A stretch of DNA of 64,000 nt from an uncultured SAR116 cluster alpha proteobacterium (GTDB lineage: Bacteria; Pseudomonadota; Alphaproteobacteria; Puniceispirillales; Puniceispirillaceae), in NCBI GenBank assembly GCA_902578815.1, contig CACHEI010000002.1, forward strand, positions 61,563 through 125,562, written 5' to 3'. The notes under the pieces are model-generated. The model saw only the letters and a list, made by a program, of their open reading frames with translations. It made no database searches and had not been told where the DNA came from. Both the position numbers and the translations under genes were made by a program. Position 1 is the first letter of the stretch. The number at the start of each line of letters is the position of its first letter. Positions 27,554 through 37,461 of this stretch are shown here, piece by piece.

Positions 27554-29551
27554 TCATGCCAGAACGTTCAACACTGCCATTTCGCCAGGCGCCAAAGCAG
27601 TAGTCGTATCGATCTCGATATCGCCTGCATCCGGACTGTCTGACAACAGTTTATTACCATGTTCTGAATTTTTACCATCTTTATTAGCATTCTGCCCAGA
27701 TGTTTGCTGGTCAGCGAACATCATGGAGCCGTCGCCATCAGCCGTAGCAATGCTATCACCCTGAAGGTTGGCGGTAGTGGTCTGCATGTTAGTAAGACGA
27801 AGACCGGATTGTTCAAACATCTGAGCTAGCTGTGCGCGCGAGTCTCGCAGCAGGCCCGCGGCCTGTGCTGTATCGGCAGCAATGCGGATGGCCGCGCGGC
27901 CATCACGTAAGCCCATAGTCACGTGAAGTCGTCCAAGATTGCGCGGCTCAAGAATGATACGTACTGCACCCAAACCATTCTGCAAACTAGTTTGAAGCCG
28001 CCGGACCATCGTATCAGCCCAGCCATTCTGCTGAACGTGCAGGCGGTAAGTAGCCACACGCTCACCACCGGCATTCTTTGCCCCATTGTCAATCACTTGC
28101 TGAGCATCACGCCCCTGCTGTCCAAAGCCATTACCACTTGACTGGCCACCTTGCTGTTGCGTGACAGACGCCGATGACGTTGCAGATTGCTGCAATGGGT
28201 TGTTGCTGTCCGATTGTGCTTCAGCGGCCATTTGGCGCGATAGGTCGAGCATCATCGGTGGGATCACAGTGCGGATGGGCGTAACATTCATTTGTGACAT
28301 GCTCTGGGCCGCAACGCGGTGTGCCTTCTGCGCCATGGCATCAGCCGGTGTCATCATTCTGTCATTACGCAACCCCTCTGGTAGTTTCTGACCAAGTCTA
28401 GTCTCGACTTTAGTTTCAGATTTTCCACCAACCTCAGTTTCCAATTCAATTACCTGCGCCACTTCGTCAGACGATGTGGACTGAATGCCTTCGCCACCAT
28501 TGGTTATTATTGGCTGAGCCATCTGCGGCGTTGCGGCCAGCCGACCAATGCTGGGCAGATTGTGCTGTATTAACACCGGTCCCTTACCTGAGGCCTGTGG
28601 TGGTCCCTGCAGCTGCTTGGCCAGTTCTGGTGTCACCGGTCCCTGACCCGAGACCTGCGGTGGTCCCTGCATCTGCTTAACCACTTCTGGGATCAACGGT
28701 CCCTGACCCGAGGCCTGTGGTGGTCCTTGGAGATGTTTAATCACTAGGTGAACAGCAGGGCCCTGGCCAGATTTCTGGGGCGGGCCCTGAACAAGACGGG
28801 CAAGTTGGACTGGCACTGGACCCTGCCCTGACGGCTGGGGCGGACCCTGCAACGCTGTTGGAATAGCATCACCGAATGGTAGGTTGAGCGTTGAGCCATG
28901 CGTGGCATGTGAGTCAAAACCAATGACCGCTTCAAGCTCGGCTGTCGTGTAATCATCAACAGGAAGACCTTGTTGAACGGATTTCCCCAGCACCTGCTTT
29001 CCTGCTGAATAAAGCAAAGCCGCCAGCTGTGGGTTGGACAGAGCCTCGGCACCATAGGCGGTCTTTGGTGCAGAGCTTTCAGTCCCCCCAGTCAGTTGCC
29101 TGCGCTGGATAAGCGCTGACGCCGCCTCCTGCATCAGCTGCGCAGCGATGACTGTGGTTTCTGTCATTTGAGCATTAGTAGAAATCGACTTGTCGTTTGC
29201 GGAAGCAGGCAACTCAGCCGCGGTGCTGCTGGTGCCAACAATCCCCTGCACGGCAACCAAAAGTTCTGTTAAATTCACCATGTCACCAAGATCAATGGCG
29301 CTGGCGTCACCGTTTTCACGACTTGCAGTTACACTAAGCGGCGTCAAAGAGTCCACAACCGACGATGTGAAGGCAGGGTCAGTCGCCTGGTCTGCTGTCT
29401 CGGCAGTTTTTTCCATTTTGGGCTGCATCTGCACAAACAGGCTAGAAAACAACGCAAGCGCCTCCGGCGACAGCGCTGCGTTGGCCTCACCTGATGATCC
29501 ACTAGGGCCGCCAAGGCCTATATTCGCTGCTTTTGTGTCAATTTGTGTCAT
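27554..29551 (-). CDS. fliK: flagellar hook-length control protein FliK
   Basis: C-terminal Flg_hook domain (VRIILEPRNLGRLHVTMGLRDGRAAIRIAADTAQAAGLLRDSRAQLAQMFEQSGLRL) and a long disordered N-terminal/central region. ATG 29551 is preferred over GTG 29584 because of the promoter position. Confidence 0.8.
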   Translation of the reverse strand: MTQIDTKAANIGLGGPSGSSGEANAALSPEALALFSSLFVQMQPKMEKTAETADQATDPAFTSSVVDSLTPLSVTASRENGDASAIDLGDMVNLTELLVAVQGIVGTSSTAAELPASANDKSISTNAQMTETTVIAAQLMQEAASALIQRRQLTGGTESSAPKTAYGAEALSNPQLAALLYSAGKQVLGKSVQQGLPVDDYTTAELEAVIGFDSHATHGSTLNLPFGDAIPTALQGPPQPSGQGPVPVQLARLVQGPPQKSGQGPAVHLVIKHLQGPPQASGQGPLIPEVVKQMQGPPQVSGQGPVTPELAKQLQGPPQASGKGPVLIQHNLPSIGRLAATPQMAQPIITNGGEGIQSTSSDEVAQVIELETEVGGKSETKVETRLGQKLPEGLRNDRMMTPADAMAQKAHRVAAQSMSQMNVTPIRTVIPPMMLDLSRQMAAEAQSDSNNPLQQSATSSASVTQQQGGQSSGNGFGQQGRDAQQVIDNGAKNAGGERVATYRLHVQQNGWADTMVRRLQTSLQNGLGAVRIILEPRNLGRLHVTMGLRDGRAAIRIAADTAQAAGLLRDSRAQLAQMFEQSGLRLTNMQTTTANLQGDSIATADGDGSMMFADQQTSGQNANKDGKNSEHGNKLLSDSPDAGDIEIDTTTALAPGEMAVLNVLA
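28577..28852 (-). repeat. five tandem ~20-aa LQGPPQxSGQGP-containing repeats inside FliK
   Basis: ALQGPPQPSGQGPVPVQLARLVQGPPQKSGQGPAVHLVIKHLQGPPQASGQGPLIPEVVKQMQGPPQVSGQGPVTPELAKQLQGPPQASGKGP. The matching periodic DNA ggtccctgacccgaggcctgtggtggtcc is visible. Confidence 0.9.
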
Positions 29552-29601
29552 TTCAACCCCATCATCATGACGCACAAGACGCACGTTTCCGGCAAAAACT
29601 T

Positions 29602-29617
29602 TGCAAAAACGATGCCA
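29602..29617 (-). promoter_or_regulatory. candidate sigma-54 promoter upstream of fliK
   Basis: The minus strand reads TGGCATCGTTTTTGCA (GG-N10-GC, -12 TTGCA) in the fliJ-fliK intergenic gap. Confidence 0.65.
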
Positions 29618-29678
29618 TTAAACGCAGTGCAGCGATTTTTTGGGTGAAGGCTTGTAATTCAGAGCCGGCCAGCATCCG

Positions 29679-30095
29679 TCAGCGGCTTGGCCGGGCGCGA
29701 GGCGGCAATAGCTCGGTAATTCGGTCCTCGAGCATTTCGCGCTCGCGGCGGCAGTGTTCATTTCCCTTTTTGACCGCAAGCTCATGCCTATAGCGTTCAG
29801 CAGCAAGCTGCTCTTCCTGCGCGCTGACTTCAGCGTCGAGAAACTCATTGCGGTTGCTGATCGTAATCAGTTGCTCATGGACGCGCGCCGCATACCAGCT
29901 AGACGAACGGATTTGCATCACTGTTGAAGCTCCTGGTTTGATTGCAGTATCATCAATAATTCTCGACAGCTGTGTCTGAATTTTTGTGGTTCGCTCCAGC
30001 TCCTCGCGCAATGTGCGCATCGTCTGACTTTTCCTCGCTATTTCAACTTTCTGCTTCAGCGCCAGTCGTTCATAGATGGATTTCCTCTTCGCCAT
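29679..30095 (-). CDS. fliJ: flagellar export chaperone-like protein FliJ
   Basis: 138-aa predicted coiled-coil protein. Its start codon (ATG 30093-30095) overlaps the fliI stop (TAA 30095-30097) by one base. Confidence 0.55.
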   Translation of the reverse strand: MAKRKSIYERLALKQKVEIARKSQTMRTLREELERTTKIQTQLSRIIDDTAIKPGASTVMQIRSSSWYAARVHEQLITISNRNEFLDAEVSAQEEQLAAERYRHELAVKKGNEHCRREREMLEDRITELLPPRARPSR

Positions 30096-31420
30096 TATGA
30101 GTCCATGAGCTTGAGTAAATCTTTGCGGCTACTGTCAAAATCAGCTTTCTCATTTTCCTGCTGTTGAATATAATTCATCAACGCCGGCCAGAGCGAGACC
30201 GCGAGGTCAAGTTCAGCATCCTGACCCGGTGAGTATCCCCCCATCAGTAGCAGATCGCGGTTCTCCACATAAAGCGAGACAAGCCGCCGAAATTTGCGAC
30301 TTGCCTGCTGGTGATCAGCACCTACGATGTCATTCATCACACGGCTGACTGATGATGGCACATCGACCGCCGGGTAAACACCCATCTGGGTCTGGTCGCG
30401 CGACAGCAGAATATGGCCGTCAAGGATAGCCCGCGCCGTATCAACAACTGGGTCATTTGCATCATCGCCATCCGCCAGTACCGTGTAGATGGCGGTGATA
30501 GCACCTTGCCCCTTTGCACCGGTACCAGTGCGCTCGATCAGGCGTGGGATCATCGAGACAACCGAAGGCGGATATCCTTTTGAAGTCGGTTGTTCGCCCA
30601 GAGCTAGGCCGATTTCCCTGCGAGCATGGGCCACCCGCGTCAGCGAATCCATGATCAGCAGGACATTCTTACCTTTGTCGCGGTAATATTCAGCTACGGC
30701 TGTTGCCCGCTCAGCACCACGAATACGAAGCAGTGGCGAGCGGTCAGCCGGCACCGCAACAACGGCGGTGCGATTGCGAGCATTGCCAGCAAGAATTGTG
30801 TTCACAAAGGCGCCAACCTCTCGGCCACGCTCACCAATCATCCCAACTACGACAATATCAGCCGTCGTATAGCGGCTCATCATCCCCAGCAGAACGGATT
30901 TGCCAACGCCAGAGCCGGCGATAATACCAATCCGCTGTCCTATACCGACAGTCAGCATCGAGTTGATAACCCTTACACCGACGTCTAGTGGCTCATCGAC
31001 CGGCCGGCGGGCCAACGGATTCAGCGCCTTACCCAATAGCGGCCAGCGATCATCAAGGTCAATGACTCCGCCCTCATCCAACGGGTTGCCAAGCGCATCT
31101 GTTACGCGGCCAAGTAGTCCGTCACCAACCGGAATGGCGGCACCATCATCGAACAATGTCACTCGCGCCCCAACCCGGATGCGCGCGCCAAAGTCATGCA
31201 GCGAGAGCAAATTATTGCCATGGTGAAAGCCAATCACCTCTGCAACGGCGCTTTCCGCCCCATCTGTTTCGACCTGACAGAGCGCGCCAATATTTGCTGG
31301 AAAGCCATTGCATTCGACCATCTGACCATCATAGCGGCTAACATGACCGTAAATTGCTATCGGCTGATCAATGGCAAGCTTGTTGACCTTGCTGATCAGC
31401 GCGCCGCTGAGCTGGTTCAT
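30095..31420 (-). CDS. fliI: flagellum-specific ATPase FliI
   Basis: Walker A GSGVGKSVLLGM, Walker B VLLIMDSLTR, and F1/T3SS-ATPase-like sequence throughout. Confidence 0.95.
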   Translation of the reverse strand: MNQLSGALISKVNKLAIDQPIAIYGHVSRYDGQMVECNGFPANIGALCQVETDGAESAVAEVIGFHHGNNLLSLHDFGARIRVGARVTLFDDGAAIPVGDGLLGRVTDALGNPLDEGGVIDLDDRWPLLGKALNPLARRPVDEPLDVGVRVINSMLTVGIGQRIGIIAGSGVGKSVLLGMMSRYTTADIVVVGMIGERGREVGAFVNTILAGNARNRTAVVAVPADRSPLLRIRGAERATAVAEYYRDKGKNVLLIMDSLTRVAHARREIGLALGEQPTSKGYPPSVVSMIPRLIERTGTGAKGQGAITAIYTVLADGDDANDPVVDTARAILDGHILLSRDQTQMGVYPAVDVPSSVSRVMNDIVGADHQQASRKFRRLVSLYVENRDLLLMGGYSPGQDAELDLAVSLWPALMNYIQQQENEKADFDSSRKDLLKLMDS

Positions 31421-32745
31421 AATTGATCCTTTTCGGGTTCATCGGTGTTTTCAGGCATAAGAGCTGAGGTATCATTTGCCGTTGCCTCTGGTTTGGGTTT
31501 GAGGTCAATCGAAAAGCCACCCTCGCTTGCGGTCTGGGGCGCGGCGTCGCTCCCTCTTTGCGTGTTTTCACAATTTGCGCCAAGCATTGCAGAGCCAGCA
31601 TTTAGCGGATCTGCAATGTTTGTCTTGGTGATGTCTGCTTCATTGGCAGCCACTTCGGTGATGTCTGCCCCGGTATCGATCGGAGACGCCACTAGGTCCA
31701 TTGCGGGCGTATTTGCTGGCTGAACAGTCACTTTTCCACTTATTCTGCGGTGCAATTCATCCTCAATGCCGATACCGTCAATAATCAACCTCACGTCGCC
31801 CGGCGCCAGCGTCTTGTCAGCGTCAAGTCTGCAATTCTGCAGCTTTTCGCGAGTTTCAATGATTGGCTTAAGAGCCAGCAAATTATCAGGGTTCAATATG
31901 ATTTGCGGATGATCGGCGCCTTGTTTGATGGTGGCAAGTATCGATTCTATGCGTCCAGCGAAGGCCTCCGGCACTTCGGCAATCGCCATACCGGCACGCT
32001 CGCTGGCAAGCGAGAGAATGGTATCATGGATTTTGTTCGTCAGCGCATCCAAATCAAGGGTCGACGCGCTTGCAAGCGCCAACGTAGCCGTTTCAAAGCC
32101 CTGAATGGCAGTTTCCAGCTGGGCTGTCGCCTCAGCCTGACCAGCAGCGCGCCCAGCCTCGTACCCCTTGTCATGGCCCGCCTTTTGGCCTGTTTCCTCT
32201 CCTCTGGCACGGCCCTCAGCGAGACCACGCTCATACTCAGCCTGTAATTTTGCAGCAGTAGAAGCGGCGGCAATCTCCTCCTCGGTCAGCTCGGGCTCAC
32301 CAGATTCCACCTCGTCAGCCTCCGGCAGAGGCGTTTCCTCATCTGCGACGTTAGCCGCACCTGCAGTGTTTTTGCCTGCATAGACCGCGGTTGATTCCGA
32401 TGCAATATCACTACCCGCCATATTATCAGACGTCTCAACGGTGGCTTCCACAGCCTCAGTATCGTGGGTGGTGGATGTCGATGCCGCGCTATGTTTGGTA
32501 GCTTCCTGCAATTCAGCCTCACGCCGGCGTTGTGCCTCCATGGCGATTGTTACCAATGTGCGTGGCTCAAAATTCTCTTTTGGCTTAACTGGTATATTGT
32601 TGGTGGGACTATAGGCAGCTCTCGATGATAGCGAGACCAAACGCGCAATTTCCGAGTCATCAAGCTTGTCTGCAGGAACATCATCTTCGTCAAACACAGG
32701 CTCGATTTTTGGCGTATCTTTTTGAGCTTCCACGGTTTGCATCAC
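31417..32745 (-). CDS. fliH: flagellar assembly protein FliH, extended (442 aa)
   Basis: Central EYERGLAEGRARGEETGQKAGHDKGYEAGRAAGQAE (GxxxG-type FliH repeats) and the FliH-like RLDADKTLAPGDVRLIIDG. Located between fliG and fliI. Long acidic N- and C-terminal extensions. Confidence 0.7.
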   Translation of the reverse strand: MMQTVEAQKDTPKIEPVFDEDDVPADKLDDSEIARLVSLSSRAAYSPTNNIPVKPKENFEPRTLVTIAMEAQRRREAELQEATKHSAASTSTTHDTEAVEATVETSDNMAGSDIASESTAVYAGKNTAGAANVADEETPLPEADEVESGEPELTEEEIAAASTAAKLQAEYERGLAEGRARGEETGQKAGHDKGYEAGRAAGQAEATAQLETAIQGFETATLALASASTLDLDALTNKIHDTILSLASERAGMAIAEVPEAFAGRIESILATIKQGADHPQIILNPDNLLALKPIIETREKLQNCRLDADKTLAPGDVRLIIDGIGIEDELHRRISGKVTVQPANTPAMDLVASPIDTGADITEVAANEADITKTNIADPLNAGSAMLGANCENTQRGSDAAPQTASEGGFSIDLKPKPEATANDTSALMPENTDEPEKDQL

Positions 32746-32792
32746 GTCTGATCTCCTTAATCAAATTAATCGTTTAACCTAAGAATGGTAGG

Positions 32793-33830
32793 TTAGACGA
32801 AATCGTCTCCACCACGGCCTGCCAGAACAATTGTACCTTCGTCAGACATGGTCCGGGCAATGTTGATGATGCGTTTCTGTGCATCCTGTACCTCAGTCAG
32901 GCGAACCGGACCAAGTGCTTCCATCTCGTCAGCTAGGTTGGCCGCAGCACGTGAAGACATGCATGAGAACAACTTGTCACGCAAAGGTTCATCGGCACCT
33001 TTGAGGGCGAGAACCAAATCCTCTGTCTCAACATTACGGAGCAAGGTCTGCAGGGATTTGTCATCAGAGTCGAGCAGATTATCGAAGACAAACATACTCT
33101 CCTGAATGGCTTGCATGAGATTGCGGTCTTCCTCGCCAATCACCTCCATTATCAGGGCTTCAGTATCTTGCTTAGTGAAGTTCATGATCTGCGCAGCTGC
33201 TTTCACACCGCCTACCTGCGAGGCGCGTAATGTGGCATTGGATTTGAATTTGCGTTGCATAACATCTTCAAGTTCGCGTAACGCCTCTGGCTGCACCGTC
33301 TCCAACGTGGCAACGCGATAAACGACATCAGGTTGCAATTCGTCAGGAAGCGACAGCAACACATCTGAGGCAAGACCGGCATCAAGATAGGACATCACAA
33401 GGGCGATGATCTGTGGATGCTCATCAACAACTAGCTCGGCGATAGAGCGCGCGTCCATCCAGTCAAGAATCTCGATGGGGCGTTCCTGGCTTGTTGGCGT
33501 AATCCGCGTTAGGACCGATTGAGCCTTGTCATCACCAAGTGCCTTGGTCAGAACATTGCGGATATAGTTGCCAGCACCGAGACCAAGACTGGTCTGTTCC
33601 TTAATAATGGCAAGAAATTCGTCAAGCACCTGATTGACCAGATCCTGACCAAGACCCTGAACGGAATACATTGCCGACCCAAGATGCTGGACCTCACGCG
33701 GTGACAAGTTTTTCAGAATTTCAGCTGCTTCTTCCTCACCAATAAGCATCATTAGAATTGCTGATTTCTGGGTTCCTGTCAGACGTTCAAAGGCATCTTT
33801 GTCGTTATCGTCCTTCTGAGCTTCAGCCAT
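32793..33830 (-). CDS. fliG: flagellar motor switch protein FliG
   Basis: 345 aa with LTGTQKSAILMMLIGEEEAAEILKNLSPREVQ and C-terminal torque-helix-region motifs (MSSRAAANLADEME). Confidence 0.95.
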   Translation of the reverse strand: MAEAQKDDNDKDAFERLTGTQKSAILMMLIGEEEAAEILKNLSPREVQHLGSAMYSVQGLGQDLVNQVLDEFLAIIKEQTSLGLGAGNYIRNVLTKALGDDKAQSVLTRITPTSQERPIEILDWMDARSIAELVVDEHPQIIALVMSYLDAGLASDVLLSLPDELQPDVVYRVATLETVQPEALRELEDVMQRKFKSNATLRASQVGGVKAAAQIMNFTKQDTEALIMEVIGEEDRNLMQAIQESMFVFDNLLDSDDKSLQTLLRNVETEDLVLALKGADEPLRDKLFSCMSSRAAANLADEMEALGPVRLTEVQDAQKRIINIARTMSDEGTIVLAGRGGDDFV

Positions 33831-33902
33831 TTTACCCTCACATCTTATTCAATCCTGGTGATACCGCATTACAGAAGAACGGTATCGCTCGTGAATTAAA
33901 AG

Positions 33903-35627
33903 TTACGCCATGTCACTCTGTATCATTGTCTTGAAGACGTTGGACACACGTCCAGCTTCGTCTCCAACGATCATCCTAATCACCGCGACCTTATCATCAT
34001 AGGTGTTCGCTGTATCCAACATTTCTGCTGAAATTGCCGCTTTTTTGGGCTTGAGCTTGGCCTTGATGTCCTCAAGGCTTTCACCCTCCTGGATTTCGAC
34101 CTGGTCAACTTCGGCATCCTCGTCAAGGCTAACCATTGCTTCACCTGGTGCACCAGTGGCAGCCGGCACCATGATCCGCGAGATCAATGGACGAATGACA
34201 CCCAAAACAACCACTGCCATAATCAAAATAGTCATGCCCTGCTTCATTAACGTGACGGCCCATTCCATGTCATACCAAGGTTTCGTTACACCCTCTAACG
34301 TGGAGACAAAAGCCGCGCTGCTTACAGTTAGGCTGTCACCTCGTTCCAGATCAAGACCAATTGCGTTAATAACAAGCTTCTCGATTTCAGCCAGCGTTTC
34401 CTGCGGGAAGGCCTGTACTTCGAGAAGGCCAGTCTCGGCATTCATCACTTCGAGATCGCGCACCAGAACAGAGGCCTGTATCCGTGTAATCTCAGTTCCT
34501 GGCTTGCGTGTTGTCGAGATTGTGCGGCTTACCTCATAATTCTTCACCTCGCTGGAGGAACGATTTGCAACGCCACCCTCGGCACCTTTGTCCCCCTGTT
34601 CAGTCGTCACTTCTGTCTGCGTTGGCGCCCGGTTGGCGGTCGCTCCAGGAATGCCACGAGCGGTCAATTCTGACGAAGTGTCGGACGAGCGCTGCTCGCT
34701 GCGCAGCGCGTTGCGCTCCGGATCGACCAATTCCTCAGTGACTTCACTACGCGTGAAATCAATTCCAAGGTTGACCTCGGCCATAACATTGCCACCGCCA
34801 ACCATAGGTGTCACGATCGATAGGATACGCTGGCGATAGATATCCTCAAGACGGATACGGTGTTCGAGCTGGGAGTCCGTCATTGCTGATGCCGCATTAC
34901 GGCCTGGCTGAGAAAGCAGATTACCATATTGATCAACAACTGTGACCTCCCCCTTGGGCAAGCTTGGAACCGAAGATGAAACCAGATGCACAATGGCGCT
35001 GATCTGCTGTCGTGACAACGAGCGACCATCCTCCATCTGCACAAACACAGAAGCTGATGGAGGCACCGAGGCGCGGGCAAAAACAGATTTTTCGGGAATT
35101 GCAAGATGCACTCGTGCTGCGACAAGACCCTCAATCTCACTGATTGAGCGAGCCAGTTCAATTTCTTGGCTCTGCTTTAGACGAACATTTTCCACGGTAC
35201 GGCTCGATCCCATGGGAATTTCGCTGATAGAATCATAACCTTCGGGAACAGAAGCCGGAAGGCCCTGTGCCGCAAGCTGCATACGGGCGGTATGGTAATC
35301 GGAGGTGGGCACCAGAATTTCACCTGTCGTTGGGTCGAGCTGGACCTGGATGCCGGAATTTTTCAGCGCCTCAACAACTCGCGCCTTTTCCGCCTCGGGC
35401 ATACCGGCATATAGCGTCGTCACTGGTGGCTTATTCAAAAAATAGAACGCTGCCACGGCAATCACAACCAGAGCAACACCGAGAATTGCAGGCACAGCGC
35501 GGCGGACGCTTGGGTCGGATGCAATCCGGCGAACGCTAGACAGTGGACCGTTATCTTTTACCGTGACAACTGTCGTCGTATTTGCAGTACCATCTTCAGG
35601 AGCTGTGATATCTGTTGCTTCTGCCAT
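33903..35627 (-). CDS. fliF: flagellar MS-ring protein FliF
   Basis: 574 aa, two TM helices, and YscJ/FliF family sequence (LYAGMPEAEKARVVEALKNSGIQVQLDPTTGEILVP). Confidence 0.95.
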   Translation of the reverse strand: MAEATDITAPEDGTANTTTVVTVKDNGPLSSVRRIASDPSVRRAVPAILGVALVVIAVAAFYFLNKPPVTTLYAGMPEAEKARVVEALKNSGIQVQLDPTTGEILVPTSDYHTARMQLAAQGLPASVPEGYDSISEIPMGSSRTVENVRLKQSQEIELARSISEIEGLVAARVHLAIPEKSVFARASVPPSASVFVQMEDGRSLSRQQISAIVHLVSSSVPSLPKGEVTVVDQYGNLLSQPGRNAASAMTDSQLEHRIRLEDIYRQRILSIVTPMVGGGNVMAEVNLGIDFTRSEVTEELVDPERNALRSEQRSSDTSSELTARGIPGATANRAPTQTEVTTEQGDKGAEGGVANRSSSEVKNYEVSRTISTTRKPGTEITRIQASVLVRDLEVMNAETGLLEVQAFPQETLAEIEKLVINAIGLDLERGDSLTVSSAAFVSTLEGVTKPWYDMEWAVTLMKQGMTILIMAVVVLGVIRPLISRIMVPAATGAPGEAMVSLDEDAEVDQVEIQEGESLEDIKAKLKPKKAAISAEMLDTANTYDDKVAVIRMIVGDEAGRVSNVFKTMIQSDMA

Positions 35628-35690
35628 TTTACTTTTTTCCCTAGATTATCATTTCTGATATTGTGAGTAGCGTCATTGCCATTTGCGGCG

Positions 35691-36005
35691 TTACACCGGC
35701 ATGTTCATGATATCCTTGTAGGCGCTAAGAACCTTGTTACGGACATTGAGCGTCATCTGAAAACCAAGCGAGGAGATCTGCTGCTGGACCATGACCTTGC
35801 TAAGATCATGTTCAGCACCCATCTCGTAGGCCTTGGTCAGGTTAGCACTGTCCGACTGGGCAGTTGCCACTTGTTTCAAAGCATCGCCGACGCGGTCGGA
35901 GAAATCGGTAGCCCCTGCGCCCTTGCCAAGAGTCAGCTCGGCACGTTTCACCACTTCTTGATGCAAGCTGCCGATACTGTTTCCTACTGGTCCAATCAAA
36001 GTCAT
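35691..36005 (-). CDS. fliE: flagellar hook-basal body protein FliE
   Basis: 104 aa with the C-terminal VMVQQQISSLGFQMTLNVRNKVLSAYKDIMNMPV, typical of FliE. Confidence 0.9.
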   Translation of the reverse strand: MTLIGPVGNSIGSLHQEVVKRAELTLGKGAGATDFSDRVGDALKQVATAQSDSANLTKAYEMGAEHDLSKVMVQQQISSLGFQMTLNVRNKVLSAYKDIMNMPV

Positions 36006-36061
36006 TTTTATCTCCCATAAACATTTTTAGTGGTGCCGGCATCATTATCCGATCACCTGAA

Positions 36062-37249
36062 TTAATTATGCGCTGGCATTGCGCCATGTGTGGATTGTAA
36101 GGAGTTGGCCATCGGTAACTGCTGGCCAGCCATTAGATGAAGACTGTCATCCGTGATGATTTCCGCTGCAGTAACTTTGCCATCAACAGACAGCACAAGC
36201 GCGCGCTGCAGAACATTTTCCAGCTCGCGCACATTACCTGGCCAGCTATAGTCGCGCAGCTTTAAAACCGCGCTTTCATCAAGCCAGGGGATGAGGGCGG
36301 CTTTAGTGCAGTGCCGGTTCAGCAGAAATGTGACAATCGGCACGATGTCATCCCCACGATCCGCAACAGCAGTGGTGCTCAGGGGAAATACATTCAGCCG
36401 ATAATAAAGATCCTCACGAAAATTTCCCTGGCGAATTTCGTTAGGCATGTTACGATTTGTTGTGGCTAAAACACGTACATCAACACCGACATCCGCATGC
36501 GAGCCAATCGGTGTGACTGCCTTTTCCTGTAGCACCCTCAGCAGCTTTGCCTGCAACGACATCGGCATCTCAGAAATCTCATCAAGCAGCAAAGTGCCAC
36601 CATCGGCAGCACGGAAAATTCCCTTGTTGGCCGTTGAAGCACCAGTGAAGGCTCCCTTTTCATGACCAAACAGAATGGCCTCAAGCATATTTTCTGGGAT
36701 CGCAGCACAATTGACTGCAACAAAAGGCGCCTCAGCACGTGACGAATGATTATGAACGAAACGGGCCAAAACCTCTTTGCCAGTGCCTGTCGGGCCGTTG
36801 ACGAACACTGTCACATCTGTCTGCGCAACGCGTTTAGCAAGGTTCAGAAGGTCAAGACTTACCTTATCACCAGCCGCGACATGTAATTCGTCCGACAGTA
36901 ACGTGGCGGCGAGTTGCAACCCGTAATCATCACAAATTGAGGTTGCCAGATCAGATTTTGGCAGCGATAGCCGTACCAGCTTGCCACCAAATTCCTCAGA
37001 AATCACAAAGGCAGGTTGATCCTCGGCAATGATCATTAATTTTCCAGCGCGCATTGCACGACCTTTGGCAATAACGGCCTCCTGCCCACCAAGCTTTTTC
37101 TCAAAAGCCGCGCTGCAAACAAAGGTGGATGAACGGCCGTCAACCGAGTCACCACCTGCCATGGTTACTTGCACCATGCGGCAGGACAGAATTTTGGCCA
37201 ATCTCTCAGCCTTGGCAAAAAGCTCTTTCTCCAGGCAAATGCTATTCAT
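36062..37249 (-). CDS. sigma-54 enhancer-binding protein with an N-terminal domain but no recognisable C-terminal HTH
   Basis: AAA+ core GPTGTGKEV, GAFTGA loop ([12 protein letters not shown]), and the NVRELENV sensor region. Only about 45 aa follow, with no Fis-type HTH. An N-terminal domain of about 150 aa is unassigned. Start is ATG 37249 or upstream at 37333. Confidence 0.85.
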   Translation of the reverse strand: MNSICLEKELFAKAERLAKILSCRMVQVTMAGGDSVDGRSSTFVCSAAFEKKLGGQEAVIAKGRAMRAGKLMIIAEDQPAFVISEEFGGKLVRLSLPKSDLATSICDDYGLQLAATLLSDELHVAAGDKVSLDLLNLAKRVAQTDVTVFVNGPTGTGKEVLARFVHNHSSRAEAPFVAVNCAAIPENMLEAILFGHEKGAFTGASTANKGIFRAADGGTLLLDEISEMPMSLQAKLLRVLQEKAVTPIGSHADVGVDVRVLATTNRNMPNEIRQGNFREDLYYRLNVFPLSTTAVADRGDDIVPIVTFLLNRHCTKAALIPWLDESAVLKLRDYSWPGNVRELENVLQRALVLSVDGKVTAAEIITDDSLHLMAGQQLPMANSLQSTHGAMPAHN

Positions 37250-37363
37250 TGTTTTTGACCCACTTAAAGTTTCGACTGCCCCATAAAGGCAGGAAGCGTG
37301 CCAAATCCCTTTTTTAGTTAAAATAAATACCAAGCCCGCTGAATGCTCGAAAAATTCCTTTTT

Positions 37364-37420
37364 TTGAACAATTAACCGTTCAAAATTTTGACAACCTAAG
37401 AAGATTGCCTTTATGGTTAA
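37364..37420. promoter_or_regulatory. candidate operator elements in the divergent EBP promoter region
   Basis: Palindrome TTGAAC-N8-GTTCAA (37364..37383). Two CtrA-half-site-like 8-mers: TTAACCGT (37372..37379) and ATGGTTAA (37413..37420), the latter being the reverse complement of TTAACCAT. Confidence 0.25.
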
Positions 37421-37461
37421 TCAAAAATTTGACACCGCCTCTTTTTTTAGGTCTTTATTAA

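Noticed and set aside
36062-36090. TGGCGCAATGCCAGCG on the minus strand, at the 3' end of the EBP gene, considered as a sigma-54 promoter for fliE-fliF.
   Set aside because: The spacing is right, but the -12 element is CAGC rather than TTGC, and it lies within coding sequence. The match is too weak to call.
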